Program-made: the position numbers and the translations under genes
Part shown: piece by piece, positions 61,976 through 64,000 of the stretch
Position numbering within the stretch: position 1 is the first letter of the stretch
Layout of the letters: each line of letters opens with the position of its first letter
Source of the DNA: Octopus vulgaris
Lineage: Eukaryota
Assembly (NCBI GenBank): GCA_951406725.2
Contig: OX597814.1
Span: forward strand, 95,480,001 to 95,544,000
DNA: 64,000 bases
Reading direction: 5' to 3'
Notes under the pieces: model-generated
Told to the model about the DNA's origin: nothing
Database searches by the model: none
The model's input: the letters and a program-made list of their open reading frames with translations, nothing else

Positions 61976-64000
61976 GTAAGGAGAAATCATCTCAAGAATT
62001 TCCCCAAAATTGGCATGCATGCCATGAGGGAAAGGACAGTCGGATTATTTCAAGACTAAAGGAGAGGTGTCCTACTTAAACCTTCAACAGACGCGACACT
62101 CGGGCATTTACAAAAAAAAATTTAAGATATTCTTATTCATCTGGCCCCTCTGATTTATTTTTCTTGGTTCATTTTCATTTCATTTATGCAAATTACCTAG
62201 ACCATGAACTTGTTTAGTCAAGAAGTTTATTTTTGTTGTTTTTTTTATGCCTAAGTGTCTTGTCTACTGAATGTAAGGTATGACAGCTGCTGTGCTGATG
62301 ACGCTTATTGATTCAGAAACATGTCAGAGCTGTCCTCTTGTCTTCCTGTAATCAAACTCTTTTCCTAATGGCATGTAAATCATGGAGAATTCTTGAGATT
62401 ATCTCCTCATTTGGAGTTTGTGCTCATTGCAGTAAGCAGTTGGTCTGCTCTCCCCTCTCTGAAAATGGAGATAATTTTAATAGATCAAGAATTGTAAATT
62501 AGAATCATTAGAGCTAGATACATGTTGATTATTCATTATAATCACTTTGAATTTATATCCTGTATTGTCTGTTGGATCATGTTTACACAGCTGTTATATT
62601 TATACACACGTAATGTGATTGCTTCCTAAATCCTTGTGTGAGTGCTTTTAAGAGTGACTATGCACTCAGTTGTAATAGATTACTACAGAGTTTGTATGTA
62701 ATCAGTGGTGTTATGTAATTGCTTCTTAAAACCCAAGACAAGTCTTTTCCAGAAATGATCTTATAAGTATCAGCAGTTTCCTCATCAACTAACTTCAGTG
62801 ATGTGAAGAAATCATAAATTAAGTCTTGTTCTCTGGAACAAGACCATTAATTTAAGTTTACTATCAATTAATTGTTATACATTATTATGGAGCTGGTGAG
62901 GAGCATTTGTAATCATTCATAAGCTTTCAGGAGAGGAGGGAATAAGTGGTGTAGGGTTTCTTTTTCCAAAAGATACCATAAGCATAAGCAGAGTTGAATA
63001 ATCAAGGAATTATTTGTATAATGATTCTCAAAATATATCAAGAAATCAGAGGTACTTTCTTATTATCAACTACCAATTTTTATATTTGTTAAAGGATTAT
63101 TAAATAATCTATTACACTCCTGAAATGAGTAATAAGAGATCAATCAAGTGGAATAACTATCACTACCTTAAGGAGAATAAATTGAATGATTTTCTTCTGA
63201 GAAAGGATTTTTTTGCCCAAAGCAGTCAATTTTTTTACATTTTTACCCTCCAATTCCTTTAGTAAAAAAAAATTGGCTGCTGATAATAGGTAAGTATCAA
63301 ATCAGGATACTCCTATTATAATTCCATTTGCATCTCTGATGGGGCCATCTAAGAGATGGCTCAAGATAGCTTTTTGAGTCCTGGGAGACAGGACTGCTCC
63401 CAAAATTCAAAGAGGTTGTGAAATTAATTTCTTTTGACTGAGAGGCACAGCAGATAACCACAAGCTTTCTGAGCCCCAGACTAATGTACCTGCTAAATCA
63501 CATCTCATATAAGCCCTGTCTGTCATGTATTAAATGAATAGATTGAATACTACACCCCCACCCCCCAGTTAAGGGATCTTGTCCTGCTAGTTAACTGAAC
63601 TCAATGCTACTAGTGTCACATAAAAAAAACCACCCATTACGTTCTGTAAAGTGGTTGGCATTACGAAGGGCATCCAACCAAAATAACCATGCTAGAACTG
63701 ACAATGGAGCTTGGGGTAGTCTTCTGATTTGCCTGTTCCTCCCAAATCGTCCAATCCATGCCAGTATGGAAAGTGAATGTTAACTGATGATGATGTTTGT
63801 GTGCACTCTTGTCTTGACATTGTTTGAATGAGCATCACCATCTTACAAGCAATGTTCTTTGTTTCCATTTTTCCATGAAAACCATGTGTGGCCATGGGAA
63901 AATCTTAGCTTTTTTGAAACATGATGTTTGGTGACAAGATGAGTATCTAATTAGAAAATCTGTTTCAAGAAATTCTGTCTGAACCCCTACGCAAACAGAA

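Noticed and set aside
62317-62431. Third exon of the divergent gene (KHVRAVLL...AHC)
   Set aside because: Weak pyrimidine tract, a competing acceptor at 62200, and no recognisable protein similarity; cannot choose from sequence alone.

Overview
AT-rich, intron-rich animal genomic DNA. The SINE, RTE and MITE repertoire points to an octopus (coleoid cephalopod); this is an inference. I rebuilt two convergent spliced genes by hand, with GT-AG sites and consistent phases. (1) AIFM3-like Rieske/FAD-NAD oxidoreductase on +: 14 exons from 964 to the stop at 20988, with its 5' exon(s) outside the window. (2) TTLL4 tubulin glutamylase on -: 17 coding exons, 57298 to 23836, about 995 aa, with a probable non-coding exon 1 whose donor is at 61377. 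A candidate divergent gene begins with two micro-exons at 61521. The introns hold three tRNA-type SINE families, RTE and CR1/Jockey-like LINE fragments, Penelope-like elements (PLEs), piggyBac/hAT/Tc1 MITEs, Helitron-like elements and a solo LTR. The most notable signals are: several hammerhead-ribozyme folds, one with an intact core, sense-oriented inside the last TTLL4 intron, whose retention leaves the protein unchanged; a uORF whose stop overlaps the TTLL4 start codon (ATGA); two long fold-back structures, one a recent three-piece template-switch rearrangement; and a Helitron inserted 25 nt from a splice acceptor. Most short ORFs in the supplied track are spurious.
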